Below are positions 22,273-35,468 of a stretch of DNA of 64,000 nt, piece by piece (the first letter of the stretch is position 1; the number at the start of each line of letters is the position of its first letter). The notes under the pieces are model-generated. The model saw only the letters and a list, made by a program, of their open reading frames with translations. It was not told the origin of the DNA and did not search any database. This DNA is from Ranitomeya imitator (taxonomy: Eukaryota): positions 517,142,001 to 517,206,000 of the forward strand of contig NC_091282.1 of the NCBI RefSeq assembly GCF_032444005.1, read 5' to 3'. A program made the position numbers and the translations under genes.

Positions 22273-23931
22273 GGGTGCTTTCACCCTGCACTCAGGCACC
22301 CATACAGTGACCCTGTCGGGACTTGCGTCCAAGCCCCCCGCAAAATGGGATTCAAGCTAACGTGTGCTGTGCATCATTTTCAGGCATGTATGCCTACTGG
22401 AGGTGGACACCCAGACATACAGGTGTTTCTCACAAAATTAGAATATCAAAAAGTTAATTTATTTCAGTTCTTCAATACAAAAAGTGAAACTCAATATTAT
22501 ATAGAGTCATCAAAACAGAGTGATCTATTTCAAGTGTTTATTTCTGTTAATGTTGATGATTATGGCTTACAGCCAATGAAAACTCAAAAGTCATTATCTC
22601 AGTAAATTAGAATACCTGTTATAACACCAGATTGAAAAATTATTTTAACATCCGAAATGTTGGCCTACTGAAATATATGTTCAGTAAATGCACTCAATAC
22701 TTGGTCGGGGCTTCTTTTGCATCAATTACTGCATCAATGTGGCTTGGCATGGAGGTGATCAGCCTGTGGCACTGCTGAGGTGTTATGGAAGCCCAGGTTG
22801 CTTTGATAACAGCCTTCAGCTCGTCTGCATTGTTGGGTCTTGTGTCTCTCATCTTCCTCTTGACAATATCCCTTAGATTCTCTATGGGGTTATGGTCAGG
22901 CGAGTTTGCTGGTCAATCAAGCACAGTGATACTGTTTGTAAACCAGGTATTGGTACTTTTGGCAGTGTGGACAGGTGCCAACTCCTGCTGGAGAATGAAA
23001 TTTCCATATCCAAAAAGCTTGTCAGTAAAGGGAAGCATTAAGTGCTCTAATATTTCCTGGTAGACGGCTGCGCTGACTTTGGTCTTGATAAGACACAGAG
23101 GACCTACACCAGCAGATGACATGTCTCCCCAAACATCACGGAATTGTGGAAACTTCACAATACACCTTAAGCAGCTTGGATTGTGGCCTCTCCACTCTTC
23201 CTCCAGACTCTGGGACCTTAATTTCCAAATGAAATGCAACATTTACTTACATAGGAAAATAACACCTTGGACCACTGCGCAACAGTCCAGTTCTTTTTCT
23301 CCTTGGCCCAGGTAAGATGCTTCTGCCATTGTCTATCGGTCATAAGTGGCTCGACACAAGGAATGTGACACATGTAGCCCATATCCAGGATACATCTGTG
23401 TGTGGTGGCTCTTGAAGCAATGACTCCACCAGCTCTCTACTCCTTGTGAATCTTCCACAAATTTTTTAGGGCTACAGTTATTCCAGTTGCTTGTGCTCCT
23501 TTTTTCTACCACACTTTTTCCTTCCACTCAGCTGACCATTAATATGTTTGGATACAGCACTCTGTGAACAGCCAGCTTCTTTAGCAATGATAACCTTTTG
23601 TGAATTACCCTCCTTGTGGAGTGTGTCAATGACTGCCTCCTGGACATCAGTCAAGGCAGCAGTCTCTATGACTCTATATAATGAGTTTCACGTTTCGTAT
23701 TGAAGAACTGAAATAAAGTTACTTTTTGATGATATTCTAATTTTGTGAGAGGCACCTGTAGTAGACTGTGTCTGGGTGTCCACCTCCATTAAGCATGCAC
23801 ACCATCACTCTGTCTGCACCATTATAGTCTATGGCCCAGTGTGCGCATATGCCCAAATTCCATTTTGGGGCTAGGATATAAGCCCCGATGGGGCCACTGA
23901 ACGGGTGCCTGAACGCGGTGTGGAAGCACCC
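22273..23931. mobile_element. Harbinger-like MITE split by a Tc1 insertion
   Basis: TAA TSD with termini GGGTGCTTTCAC / GTGGAAGCACCC. Its palindromic centre (GGTGGACACCCAGACA / TGTCTGGGTGTCCACC) flanks the Tc1. Confidence 0.8.
22420..23758 (-). mobile_element. Tc1 element, decayed transposase
   Basis: TA TSD and TIRs CAGGTGTTTCTCACAAAATTAGAATATC. - strand FPQFRDVWGDMSSAGVGPLCLIK...QQELAPVHTAKST. Related to the 36381 element. Confidence 0.9.
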
Positions 23932-23987
23932 TAAGGATAAATGCCATTGTGTCCTTACTAATAAATTGAACAGAAGCAAAGTATTAA

Positions 23988-25257
23988 CCCCTTCACGACA
24001 TGCGCCGTACTAGTACGGCGATGTTGTGTCTCCCCCTTTGTTGTGGGCTCCGGCGGTGAGCCCACATCAAAATTCGCGACATGTCAGCTGTTTTGTACAG
24101 CTGACATGTGTGCGCAATAGCGGCGGGTGAAATCGCGATTCACCCGCCGCTATTAACCTGTTAAATGCCGCTGTCAAACACTGACAGCAGCATTTTACTA
24201 CCGCTTCCGGCTGCGCGGCCGGAAATGCGCGCATCGCCGACCCCGGTCACATGATCGGGGGTCGTCGATGCGTCAGGATGGTAACCATAGAGGTCCTTGA
24301 GACTTCTATGGTTACTGATGCCGGCCCGCTGTGAGCGCCACCCTGTGGTCGGCACTCATAGCAAGCCTGCAATTCAGCTACGTAGCAGTAATCTGATGAT
24401 CGCTGCTATGTAGCTGAGCCGATCCAGTTGTGCCAGCTTCTAGCCTCCCATGGAGGCTATTAAAGCATGGCAAAAGTAAAAAAAAAATGTTTTTAAAAAT
24501 ATGAAAAAAATTAAAAGTTTAAATCACCCCCCCTTTCGCCCCATCCAAAATAAAACAATAAAAAAAAAAAGAAACCTACACATTTTTGGTATCGCCGCGT
24601 TCAGAATCGCCCGATCTATCAATTTAAAAAAAGCATTAACCTGATCGCTAAACGGCGTAGTGAGAAAGAAATTCGAAACACCAGAATTACGTTTTTTTTG
24701 GTCGCCACGACATTGCATTAAAATGCAATAACGGGTGATCAAAAAAACATATCTGCACATAAGTGGTATCATTAAAAACGTCAGCTCGGCACGCAAAAAA
24801 TAAACCCTCAACCGACCCAGATCACGAAAAATGGAGACGGTACGGGTATCGGAAAATGGTGCCAAATTTTTTTTTTTCAGCAAAGTTTTGAATTTTTTTC
24901 ACCACTTAGATAAAAAATAACCTAGACATGTTTGGTATGTATGAACTTGTAATGGCCTGGATAATCATAATGGCAGGTCAGTTTTAGCATTTAGTGAAGC
25001 TAACAAAAAATCCAAACAAAAACAAGTGTGGGATTGCACTTTTTTTGCAATTTCACCACACTTGGAATTTTTTTCCCTGTTTTCTAGTACAAGAAATGGT
25101 AAAACCAATGATGTCGTTCAAAAGTACAACTCGGCCCGCAAAAAAAAAAGCTCTCACATGGCCATATTGACGGAAAAATAAAAAAGTTATGGCTCTGGGA
25201 AGGAGAGGAGCGAAAAATGAAAACGCAAAAATGAAAAAGTGTGGCGGCGGGAAGGGG
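23988..25257. mobile_element. piggyBac-like non-autonomous element
   Basis: TTAA|CCCCTTC ... GAAGGGG|TTAA, 1270 bp, no transposase ORF. Confidence 0.85.
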
Positions 25258-25447
25258 TTAAAGGTTGAGATCCCGTTTTTTTGTTTTCTTTCCATTTGAG
25301 GGGAGTGTATCACCTTAATTTTTCTAATAGCGTCTATATTAATGTCAGTGAATGGCCACCATTCAGTGAGTCCTGCTAACATGCTATAAAGGGGATGCAG
25401 CAATGTGAGCACATCACTCATATATTATTTATCCACCTTTATTCCAG

Positions 25448-25572
25448 GGACTGACGCACAACACAGCAAAAAGTTTTTAAAAGCTTTGACCAAAAAACGT
25501 CTCTTAGAAGCAAAGGATTCTGGTCCTAAACTTTGCATTGACTTGAGTATGACTGATCACATGAGCAAGAAG
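25448..25572 (+). CDS. TRMT10B: TRMT10B coding exon 3
   Basis: TTCCAG|(G)TDAQHSKKFLKALTKKRLLEAKDSGPKLCIDLSMTDHMSKK|GTAATA. 125 bp, phases consistent. Confidence 0.95.
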
Positions 25573-25974
25573 GTAATACAATTTTGTACTTTCCGGTTGG
25601 AATATATTGTTTTTGGTATATTAGCAGATCAGAAATAATTCTAAGCTCCATTGTGCTGTCATGAAGAGTTAACATTTTTGGGGACGAAAATTCAGGGAAT
25701 TCTTAATTTTGGAAATGTCAGATTCTAAAATCCTCCTATTCTCTGTACTGGGTTAGTCCTTGTCGGGATGAGTTCAGGAGACTGTTGAGTTACGGGCACA
25801 TCTACTATGACCACGCTTGGTGTCCACGGCTTTACAGACCCTCTGTATTAGAGAATGCTGGTCCACCTTATTGTTGGCTTGCCAACAGCACTTTCATGTT
25901 TTTAGACAATGACTGATTGCTGCTTAGTGGGATTTTTGATAAGATGTAAGATCTGAATATTTGTTGTGTTCTAG

Positions 25975-26127
25975 GAGATAAGTCGTCTTGCTGCTCAAAT
26001 TGGAAGACTGTATGGGTCCAACAAGAAAGCTGCAAAACCATTTTGGCTGTACCTGACAGGTCTTGTAGAAAACAGTCTATTATATGATGAATGTGTGAGA
26101 ATGAATGACGGATTTGTCCATTATCTT
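25975..26127 (+). CDS. TRMT10B: TRMT10B coding exon 4
   Basis: TTCTAG|EISRLAAQIGRLYGSNKKAAKPFWLYLTGLVENSLLYDECVRMNDGFVHYL|GTAAGT. 153 bp. Confidence 0.96.
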
Positions 26128-26675
26128 GTAAGTTTCTTTCTTTGACTTCTCACTGTCTTAGATCAGCACTTTTTTTAAGTTATCAGTTATCCATTAGATC
26201 TGTGACCCCCTCCGATCTAGAGAACAAGACTGTACAGAACCCTGACCGAATGGAACCGAAGTCTCCTCTCGATTCCTTGTTTATGGGGCTGCCGGATATA
26301 GCCAAGCACTGTTCTCGGGATCAGAGAGGGTCTCCGCGTTTGAGCTTCCATGAATCTTGAACTTCCATGAAGTTATCACCTACTCCATGAATAGGTGATA
26401 ACTTATAAATATGGGGGAACTCTTTATACTGAAGTTATCATCAGAAAATGATGAATCAGGGTTTTGTGATAGTTATGAAAAAAGGTTTTGTTAACCTCTA
26501 TTACGAGCCTTATTTTATAACAAAAGTAGTAATCTTGCAATTTTCACATTGGCCGCTCTTCCATTCAGGGAGAGTTTAAAGCAGGCCTATTTTCTGCAGA
26601 GGCATGATTACAATGACTGCTAACACCTCCAAATATGGACTTACCTGCTCCCCCTCCCTTCACAATGACCTTTAA

Positions 26676-27159
26676 CCCCTTTCTGACCTCGGACAGGATA
26701 GTACGTCCGAGGTCAGAAGCCCCACTTTGATGCGGGCTCCGGCGGTGAGCCCGCATCAAAGCCGGGACATGTCAGCTGTTTTGAACAGCTGACATGTGCC
26801 CGTAATAGGCGCGGGCAGAATCGCGATCTGCCTGCGCCTATTAACTAGTTAAATGCCGTTGTCAAACACAGACAGCGGCATTTAACTACCGCATCCGGCC
26901 GAGCGACCGGAAATAACGGCATCGCCGACCCCCGTCACATGATCGGAGGTCAGCGATGCTTTAGTATTGTAACCATAGAGGTTCTTGAGACCTCTACGGT
27001 TACTGATCGCCGGTAGCTGTGAGTGCCACCCTGTGGTTGGCGCTCACAGCACACCTGATTTTCTGCTACATAGCAGCGAACAGCAGATTGCTGCTATGTA
27101 GCAGAGCCGATCGTACTTTGCCAGCTTCTAGCTTCCCATGGAGGCTATTGAAGCACGGC

Positions 27160-27191
<32 letters not shown>

Positions 27192-27973
27192 TTTTTTAAA
27201 GTTAAAAAAAATGTGAAAAAAATAAAAATATATAAAAGTTTAAATCACCCCCCCCTTTCGCCCCAATCAAAATAAATCAATAAAAAAAAATCAAACCTAC
27301 ACATATTTGGTATCGCCGCGTTCAGAATCGCCCGATCTATCAATTAAAAAAAGCATTAACCTGATCGCTAAATGGCGTAGCGAGAAAAAAAGAAACGCCA
27401 GAATTACGTTTTTTTGGGTCGCCGCAACATTGCATTAAAATGCAATAACAGGCGATCAAAAGAACATATCTGCACCAAAATGCTATCATTAAAAACGTCA
27501 TCTCGGCACGCAAAAAATAAGCCCTTACCCAACCCCAGATCAGGAAAAATGGAGACGCTACGAGTATCGGAAAATGCCGCAATTTTTTTTTTTTAAGCAA
27601 AGTTTGGAATTTTTTTTCACCACTTAGGTAAAAAATAACCCAGTCATGTTTGGTGTCTATGAACTCGTAATGACCTGGAGAATCATAATGTCAGGTCAGT
27701 TTTAGCATTTAGTGAACCTAGCAAAAAAGCCAATCAAAAAACAAGTTTGGGATTGCACTTTTTTTGCAATTTCACCGCACTTGGAATTTTTTTCCCGTTT
27801 TCTAGTACACGACATAGTAAAACCAATGATGTTGTTCAAAAGTACAACTCGTCCCGCAAAAAATAAGTCCACACATGGCCAAATTGACGGAAAAATAAAA
27901 AAGTTATGGCTCTGGGAAGGAGGGGAGTGAAAAAGAACACTGAAAAATGAAAAATCCCAAGGTCATGAAGGGG
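26676..27973. mobile_element. piggyBac-like non-autonomous element (same family as 23988)
   Basis: TTAA|CCCCTT ... AAGGGG|TTAA, collinear similarity to 23988-25257. Confidence 0.85.
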
Positions 27974-28261
27974 TTAAACATGTTCATTAGATTACTGAAG
28001 AAAAGGTGGGGGTCTGACCATTGGGGTATGTACATGTGCATTTCCTGATGTAATAGGAAGTTGACTCCTCCCACTGGGTTGTGTGAAAATTGCAAGATTT
28101 CTAATTTTTATATACTCTCCATCATTGGAATTGCAACACCAATAAGAAAGTCATGAAATTTTGGAAAATCCCAGATGGATAGACGTTAGTGATATGCAAA
28201 TGATTAAACAATGGAAACGAGCTTCAAAATATCTCACTTTATTCAGCATCATGTATGAGTG

Positions 28262-28600
28262 CCATGTACATTAATTGTCTCTTAGAAGTGTAAGATGACT
28301 AGAACTCTAGTGCCACCTGCTGGAAGTAGCAATCCTAAAAGTCAATATCAACCCTCTAATGAGCCTTGTTACATCACTTAGGATGAAAGCCAAAATCTCA
28401 ATTTACAGATACTGTGTTGGGGGTACTGCCCTCTTCAGTGCAAAGTGTGAGATCTAGTTTGGCTGGGTGAGAGGCGTCTGACCAGTATCTGAGGAGTAAT
28501 GTTTCTCCTTTCAGAGAGTAACATGTCAAGCCTGACATGCAAAGGTGAGGAGACATTTAAGCCTGCTACCATGCACATTGTTGTGTTGGAAATGGCCATA
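28262..28600 (-). ncRNA. ~330-bp retrozyme-like repeat monomer with degenerate type I hammerhead ribozyme (28402-28445)
   Basis: - strand TTTGGCA-CTGAAGA-GGG cagta CCC-CAAC-ACAGTATC-TGTAAA. Homologous to 56010-56470. Confidence 0.55.
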
Positions 28601-28629
28601 CAAGTGTTTCCATGATTAAATCCATGTAA

Positions 28630-29390
28630 CCTCAAACTGTTAGTGTACCTTTGATAAAGACCAGAGAGTTGTGACTAGTGTACATTTTGCCACCCCAGAT
28701 AATAACCGTGGGATTAGGAGCGGCGTGATATTCTATCATGGGAGGCCTGTTCTTGGTGTTACCCACATGTTCTCCAGACCAATCTTCGGAATTCACTGCA
28801 TCCAAGACAAAAGTGTGACTTATCAATGAACATAATGGACCTCCATTGTCATCTTGTGCTACTCCATGATAGCCTTTGCCTCACTTCTCTAGCGGTGTGA
28901 AGTCAATGCAACACCTATAAGTGGATGTCTGGTTCACAGTCCAATGTCATGTAAACGCCCTCTGATGGTTTCTCTAGATTTCATTTGACACCTTAAGCTT
29001 GGTATGTAATGACTAATTTCACTTGCAGGACAGAATGGATCAGTCGTGGAACCAGTGGTACTGCCATTGCTTCAGTGTGTCTCAGGAGCCCTTTTTCAGC
29101 ACGACAATGTCAGGCTGCATGTTGCTTGTGTTACTGTGAGCAGCCTGGGTGGCCTAAATGTGCTAACATGGCCTGCAGCATCTCCGGACTGGTCTCCCAT
29201 CAAGCACATCTGAGATGGCATTCGTTAGCAATTGCAAAGGGAGCTGCCAGCAGCAGATCTTGACAATTTGCCTAAATGCATTCAGTTTGGAATAACGTTC
29301 CTCAGACTATTAATAATATTGATAGTATGCCAAGACATGCAGGGATTTCTGTACATGGCGCTATACTGAACACTGAATATGTTTAGAACA
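28630..29390. mobile_element. Rearranged Tc1-like transposase fragments
   Basis: - strand PNPTVIIWGG...SLVFIKGTLT (28630-28830) and + strand LFQHDNVRLH...WPAASPDWSPIKHI (29080-29390), i.e. an internal inversion. Confidence 0.65.
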
Positions 29391-29939
29391 TTTGGTTTCC
29401 ATTTTTTCATAATTTGCATATCATTTACAGGTCTATGCATCCTGTGATTTTCCTTATTCCACAATGTTTCCTTCTTGTTGTAATTTCCATACTTATGGAC
29501 TGCTGAGCAGGCTTTCAGTGCCTGTGCCAGGGCATGTTTATAGCACTGTATACTGAGCAGTGACTGTAGCAGTGCTGGCACGCCTGTTTGACTGACAGCC
29601 GCATCGGGGCATGGTTACAACACTTTGTACTGATCTGTGGCTGTGTCCTTTATATGACGGAAAGCAGCCGGCTCCCGGGAGGGATAAAGTTCATTTTCTC
29701 CCAGGTGTCGCACTTTTAGTATTGTGGCCGGGAACTTGCTTAACGCTGTTAACCTATCTTCAGCCATAGGGGCAGTGTTTTCGGGTGTTTGATTCACCCT
29801 TTCCTTACCCGCTGGCTGCATGCTGGCTGCAATATTGGATTGAAGTTCATTCTCTGTCCTCTGTAGTACATGCCTGCACAGTGCAATCTTGCCTTGTGCA
29901 GGCGTGTACTCTGGAGGACAGAGAATGAACCTCTATCCC

Positions 29940-30988
29940 AGTCTCACATGACTGAAACAGGTTTTTCTCAAGAATATCCTTGTATTTCGCAGCATTCATC
30001 TTCCCCTTGACTCAGACAATTTTCCCTGTTTCTACCATTGAAAAACACCCCAACAGCATGATGCTGCCACCACATTTCACTGTGGGTATGGTGCTCTTCT
30101 GGTGATGAGCTGTGTTGGTTTGACACCATAGTGTTTACCTTGGTGGCCAAAAAGTTAAATTTTGGTCTCGTGACCACAGCACCTTCCTCCATAAATTAGG
30201 GGAGTCTCCCACATAAATGAGCTTTACAATTTGTGTGTGTGTAAGAAAAGGCTTTTTTCTCCCCACATTTCCATAAAGGCCACCACTATGGAGTGTGCGG
30301 CATATTGTAGTCATATGGACAGATACTCCAGTCTCTGCTTGGGAACTCTGCAGATCCTTGAGGATTACCTTTGGTGCTGCCTCTCTGATTAATGCCCTCC
30401 TTGCCTGGGCTGAGAGGTTTTTGGTGGGTGCCCTCTCTTGGTAGGTTTGTTGTGGTACCATGTTATTTCCATTTGTTGAAAATGGATTTGATGGTGCTCC
30501 GGGGGATCATCAGCTATTTGAGCTAGAATGTATTTTTGCTGTTAATAACCCAGCCCTGACTTGTGCTTCTTGATGACTTTGTCCCGGACTTGTCTGGAGA
30601 TCTCCTTGGTCTTCATGGCGTTTGGTTAATGGTTTGCCTAATGGTGTTGCAGCCTCTGTGGCCTTTCAGAAAAGGTGACAGTCCATGTGACGCTTACATT
30701 GCACACAGGTGGGCTTCCTGTCACTAAACATGTGACTTATGAAGATAATTGCTTGCACCAGAAATTTTTAGGGGCTTCATAGCAAAACGGGTGAATACAT
30801 ATATGCATATGCCAATTTTTAGTTATTTGATCCCATGTATTTTTAGGCCTATCTTTTTCTCACTTCACCAACTCATACTATTTAGTGCTGATGCATCACA
30901 CACAAATCGGATTACAAAAATATACAACGGTTGTAATGTAACAAAATATGTAAAAGGCCAAGGGGGTGAATACTTTCTCTAGTGACTG
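29940..30988 (-). mobile_element. Truncated Tc1 element
   Basis: - strand VILKDLQSSQAETGVSVHMTTICRTLHSGGLYGNVGRKKPFL and terminus GGGGGTGAATACTTTCTCTAGTGACTG|TA. Confidence 0.82.
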
Positions 30989-31162
30989 TATATCACCATG
31001 GAGTTCTGAGATTTAGATAGTCTGCTGCTTTATTCTTTTCTATGGCCAATAACGTCCATTCATTACATACACTAACATTTTTCCTGGTTTTAATTGTTTT
31101 CCAGAGACTTTGTGAAGCTCCTATTATAGAACAGTAAAAAACTGGATTTTCTATATTTTTAG

Positions 31163-31241
31163 GTTGAATCCACAGAAGACCACTTTCTTGATCTGTTCCC
31201 ATTGGAGATGATAATTTATCTCACTCCAGACTCTGACCTTG
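31163..31241 (+). CDS. TRMT10B: TRMT10B coding exon 5
   Basis: TTTTAG|VESTEDHFLDLFPLEMIIYLTPDSDL G|GTAAGT. 79 bp, carrying the Trm10 YLTPDS motif. Confidence 0.96.
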
Positions 31242-31615
31242 GTAAGTCTGACCAAACCCCTAATTTTAACAAATAGATTTATGCCAGAAAACTATTTATT
31301 GCATGCTTTTGAGACATAAAGGCTTGATTCATTAGGACTGGCATTGTACACTCCAGTGTTATGTATGAATGGGTGTTGTGGAGTAAGAGGCGCCTAATTC
31401 ATTAAGAGTGCCGTCTGCCACTAAAGTTTCATAAATCTTCATGAAGTATATGCTTGTGCGTAGCCATGCCTCCGTCTTACCCATGCTCTGCTCATTTTGG
31501 CAAAGCTGGTTGGGACGTGCTTAAAAATGCCAAAATCAAAAACATTTTTGCACAACTTCTATGGAAAAACATTTTACAACTTCTTTAGGTGTATTATGCC
31601 AGAATTCTAGCTTAA

Positions 31616-31940
31616 AGGGACCTGTCATTTCAAAAACATTATTAACCTGCAAATATAAGTTTAGTCTGTAAGCTAATGGTGCCGTCTGGGAGGAAATTAA
31701 CTTTATTCTTCCCGGTGGTGTTGGGTTTTCAGTCCTTACTGGAGCAGCTACAGTTACCGCTCAGTATATAGTGAGTGCAAGCTGTACAGACGCGGACTCA
31801 GCAATGCATCAGTACAGAGCCGGCTGTCAGTCAGTACCTGGGCGTGGTTACAGTCGCCGCTCACTGTGTACTCAGTGGTGACTAAAGCCGCACCTCTATG
31901 ACTGAAAGCTAAAGGCTGCCGGGAAGAATAAAGTTCCTGA
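31616..31940. mobile_element. T2/Kolobok-like MITE, truncated, ending just upstream of a TRMT10B acceptor
   Basis: TTAA|AGGGACCTGTCA terminus and internal inverted repeats (CTTTATTCTTCCCGG / CCGGGAAGAATAAAG). Confidence 0.6.
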
Positions 31941-31979
31941 AAGTATGCTAAATAATCCTCATCCTGTTTTTCTTCCTAG

Positions 31980-32047
31980 TCCTACAAGACATTAATCCCA
32001 CAAAAGTGTATGTTCTTGGGGGACTCGTTGATGAAAGCGTTCAAAAG
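31980..32047 (+). CDS. TRMT10B: TRMT10B coding exon 6
   Basis: TTCCTAG|(V)LQDINPTKVYVLGGLVDESVQK|GTTTGT. 68 bp, carrying the SAM-binding GGLVD motif. Confidence 0.96.
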
Positions 32048-32743
32048 GTTTGTAGTTAGCAGTTTGTGGTGTGATTGGTGACAAGTCCAGTATTCGGTGA
32101 TGGCAGACCTACAGGGTAACATGGATATAACGGCTGACTGCAGTATGTACGTAGTGTGTATATCTACTAATGGATAACCTAATGGACTGTCTTTTTTATG
32201 TTGAGATGAAAAAAAAAAAAGTATTCTGTAAAGTGGCTGTACATATTAAACTGGGAGACTCACTAACTACTATGTCACCACTCTCGTGTACCACTGACTG
32301 TTTGTGGGGGGGAGGGGTTGTCATGTGACGGCTTCAGCCAAAGGTCGGACCATCGATTGGCTGCAGCCTCGACATCTTGTTTGAGGCAGAAGAAACCAAA
32401 TCCTTGCAGTCTTCCTGTTTAGAATGAATGTAATGGCTGTCACTGATCAGTGGTGATGGACTTCATCAGTCTTGTAATTTCCACCGCATGTAGATGTTTT
32501 TCTTTTTTTCCATTATCTGTAGCTAACAACTTTTAAGTCTTTAATGGACAAAGCTTCCTAGACATGTCCATACTGGAAGCACTTTCTTCTAAGATTATTA
32601 GTCTCCAGGAAGTGATGGAATACAGCCCCCTCCCCTAAAGACCAGGAAATGGCGGTGGAGGGGACTTACCGTGTCTATAGAGTGGATATGACATTAAATC
32701 ACCTACCTTCCAGTGATCATTCTCTCCCAGGCTATACAGCTAA

Positions 32744-33580
32744 GGCTGCTTTCACACTTCCGTCTTCCAAATCTGCACAGGATCCGTCAAGACGTTGAAA
32801 TGACGGATTCTGTGCAGATTGTGGAAAACGTGTGCAGTGGGTCAGTCTCTCTGACGGACCCGTCGAGGCTATGTGCACCTGTTGTGTATGTGTCTTCGCA
32901 GCGGTTTTCCGCATGCACAAACCAGGTTAAAAAAAAAAATTGAAAAAAAAAAAATCGCAGTATTCTCACCTACCGGCATCCCACGCAGCGATGCTCCCGG
33001 CAGGTAGCATTCCTAGCGAGACCGTAACTTCTCGTGAGATACAGTGCAATGTATTACTAGGAACGCTAGCTGCCGGGAGCATCGGTGACTCTGCGCGGGA
33101 CGTCGGTAGGTGAGAATATTGTTTTTGTTTTTTTTTTTTTTAAACATTCTATCTTGTTACTATTGATGCTGCATAGACAGCATCAATAGTAACAAGAGAA
33201 AGAGAGCGAGCAAGAGAGAATTTCCCTGACGGAAAATTCTTCCACGCATGCTCTCTTTGAAAAGACGGGACCTGTTGCTGGATTCTTGCTTTTCACAGGC
33301 AGCGACGCATCATGCGCCCATAGGCTTCCATTTTAGCCAGTGGCGGGCAGCGCAGGATGCGTCGCTGACCGATATTTCCGACGTGCAGAAAAAACGTTCC
33401 TCTGAATGTTCTCTTCCCGACGGACCGTTTTTTTTACGCAGGATCCAGTGCACGATGGATGAAACTGATGGCCATCCGTCACAATCCATCGTTAATACAA
33501 GACTATGAGAAAATGCAGGATCCTGTATTCTCAAAAATGGACGGATTGTGACGGGAGCTGAAAGACGGACGTGTGAAATT
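32744..33580. mobile_element. Harbinger-like MITE
   Basis: TAA|GGCTGCTTTCACACTTCCGTC left terminus and GACGGACGTGTGAAA right terminus, with an internal palindrome. Confidence 0.65.
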
Positions 33581-34736
33581 GAACTGCAGGGTGTAGCCAG
33601 CCCATAAAGTAAGATGTTAGCAACACTGGTGCAAAATACCAGATCAACAGCCACTCTCCACATACCCACTCCTGGAGGGGGTGACTGTCCAGTGTACAAG
33701 TGCACAAGAAAGGCCCCCATAGGGTGTTGTTCACACAAGGAACTGCATAGTGTCTGATTCACAGCCGATTAGGCGGGCTGGCCAGCACACTCTCAATGCA
33801 AATGCTGGCTGCAACCTGCAGTGCATTTGTTCCAAGATCTAGGCAGGTAAGTGTTGCTGCCTTTTTTCTGCTGTTGAAAATCGAATTTTTGTAGACCTTG
33901 AGTCTCTAGTGGCTTTGCTATTTAGTTAAGCTGACAATTGAGATGCATGAACTTGGTGTGTCTAGTGTGAGAAGTGGAATATTTTAACCTCTTTTATGTG
34001 GATAACGAACAACTAGGACAAATGTTTTAAAAGTAATCTGTCAGCGGGTTGTTGCTCTGAAATCCGAGAGGTGCTTGATGTAGTGGCAGAGATCCTGATT
34101 CCTGCAATGTGTCACTAGACTGCTTGGTGTAGTTTTGCTCGAATCCCTGTTTTCTCTACTGTACATGTCGCAGTGGTCAGAATGCAGAGTTGTATGTAAC
34201 CGCGCACGCACCACTGATTAGCAGCCTTCTGTGTGCGCTGTATATTGTCAGCAAGCTGCCAAGCAGTGGCGGAGGCGGGATTACACAGATTAGCTGGACT
34301 GCCTGGCACAAGACACCTAGTCTAGCAGTGATAATTAGAGATGAGCGCAGGTGCTTGTAACTCGAGTTTGCCTAGGGTGCCTAAGTGACATGTTGGAGGC
34401 CCTGCGGCAGCATGTTTCGCGGCTGTCTGGCAATCCATGCATGTTTTGTGGCTGTCTATCAAACGTGCGACCGCGGAGACTCCACCATGTCACTTGAGCA
34501 CCCTCGGCAAACTCAAGTAACAAGATCAGACATCACCTAAAAAGTCATTGTGTAAACTGGTATAGGCACAGGGGTCAGTCATCTATGTAGTGATGGGTCT
34601 TTCTGTCCAAAGTCACCACATTAATAAAGAGTAAACAGGCACTTATGACTTTGGCTAAAGTATTGCATTGATTATTATCTTAAGTGCAAATTCCCATGAA
34701 AAAATATAAATAACTTTTTTTTTTTTGTTTTTAAAG

Positions 34737-34860
34737 AAAGTAACCTATCAAAAAGCTAAAGACCATGGTCTGCACACTGCCCGTCTTCCAATACAGGAAT
34801 ACATGGTGAAGAAGGACAACGTGAAAAACTATCATTCTGAGATACTGGCTATCAATCAAG
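34737..34860 (+). CDS. TRMT10B: TRMT10B coding exon 7
   Basis: TTAAAG|KVTYQKAKDHGLHTARLPIQEYMVKKDNVKNYHSEILAINQ G|GTGAGG. 124 bp, TARLPI motif. Confidence 0.96.
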
Positions 34861-35142
34861 GTGAGGTAAAGGCTCTGTACACGCAGATCGTCCTGTATGC
34901 GGGGCACTGACACTAATCTCAAGGTCACTTCTTCCAGGCACTAAACTGCTTGAAATGTTGTCAAATTTGTGGACAAATATTCTGCAACTTTTGGGGGCCT
35001 CTGCTTACTTTTCAGTAGTGGGTGGAGCTTGGCTGGGAGGGGGCGTGGCCAGGCATATCTGATAAACTCCTCATAATTTGTGTACATTTGGTGTACAGCA
35101 GCTTAAAGCGCTAAATAAATCAACAAGGCGTATGTTTCTTAA

Positions 35143-35468
35143 AGGGAATCTGGCAGCAAGTTTTTGCGGTGTAATCTGAGCACAGAATGAGTTAGGGGTT
35201 AAACTGCAGTGTTTAATGATGCCTCACTTATCAAGCTGTGTGCTGTTTGTTTCTAGTGCTGTGATAGGCAGCTCACTGTCAATAGACTATGTACATACAG
35301 AGCCTGGTGCGGGCAGCTTTCTCAGCTCTGCCACAGCCTACAGCAACGAACTCTGATTAGTGTGGCTGCATCCGGTAGACTAAGTGATACATTATCGGAT
35401 TCAGCTTCTATTTGCCTAAATTGTGCTGCCCTCAGATGAGGTAGCAAACACTTGCTGACAGATTCCCT
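35143..35468. mobile_element. T2/Kolobok-like MITE
   Basis: TTAA TSD and 19-bp TIR AGGGAATCTG(G/T)CAGCAAGT. Confidence 0.85.
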
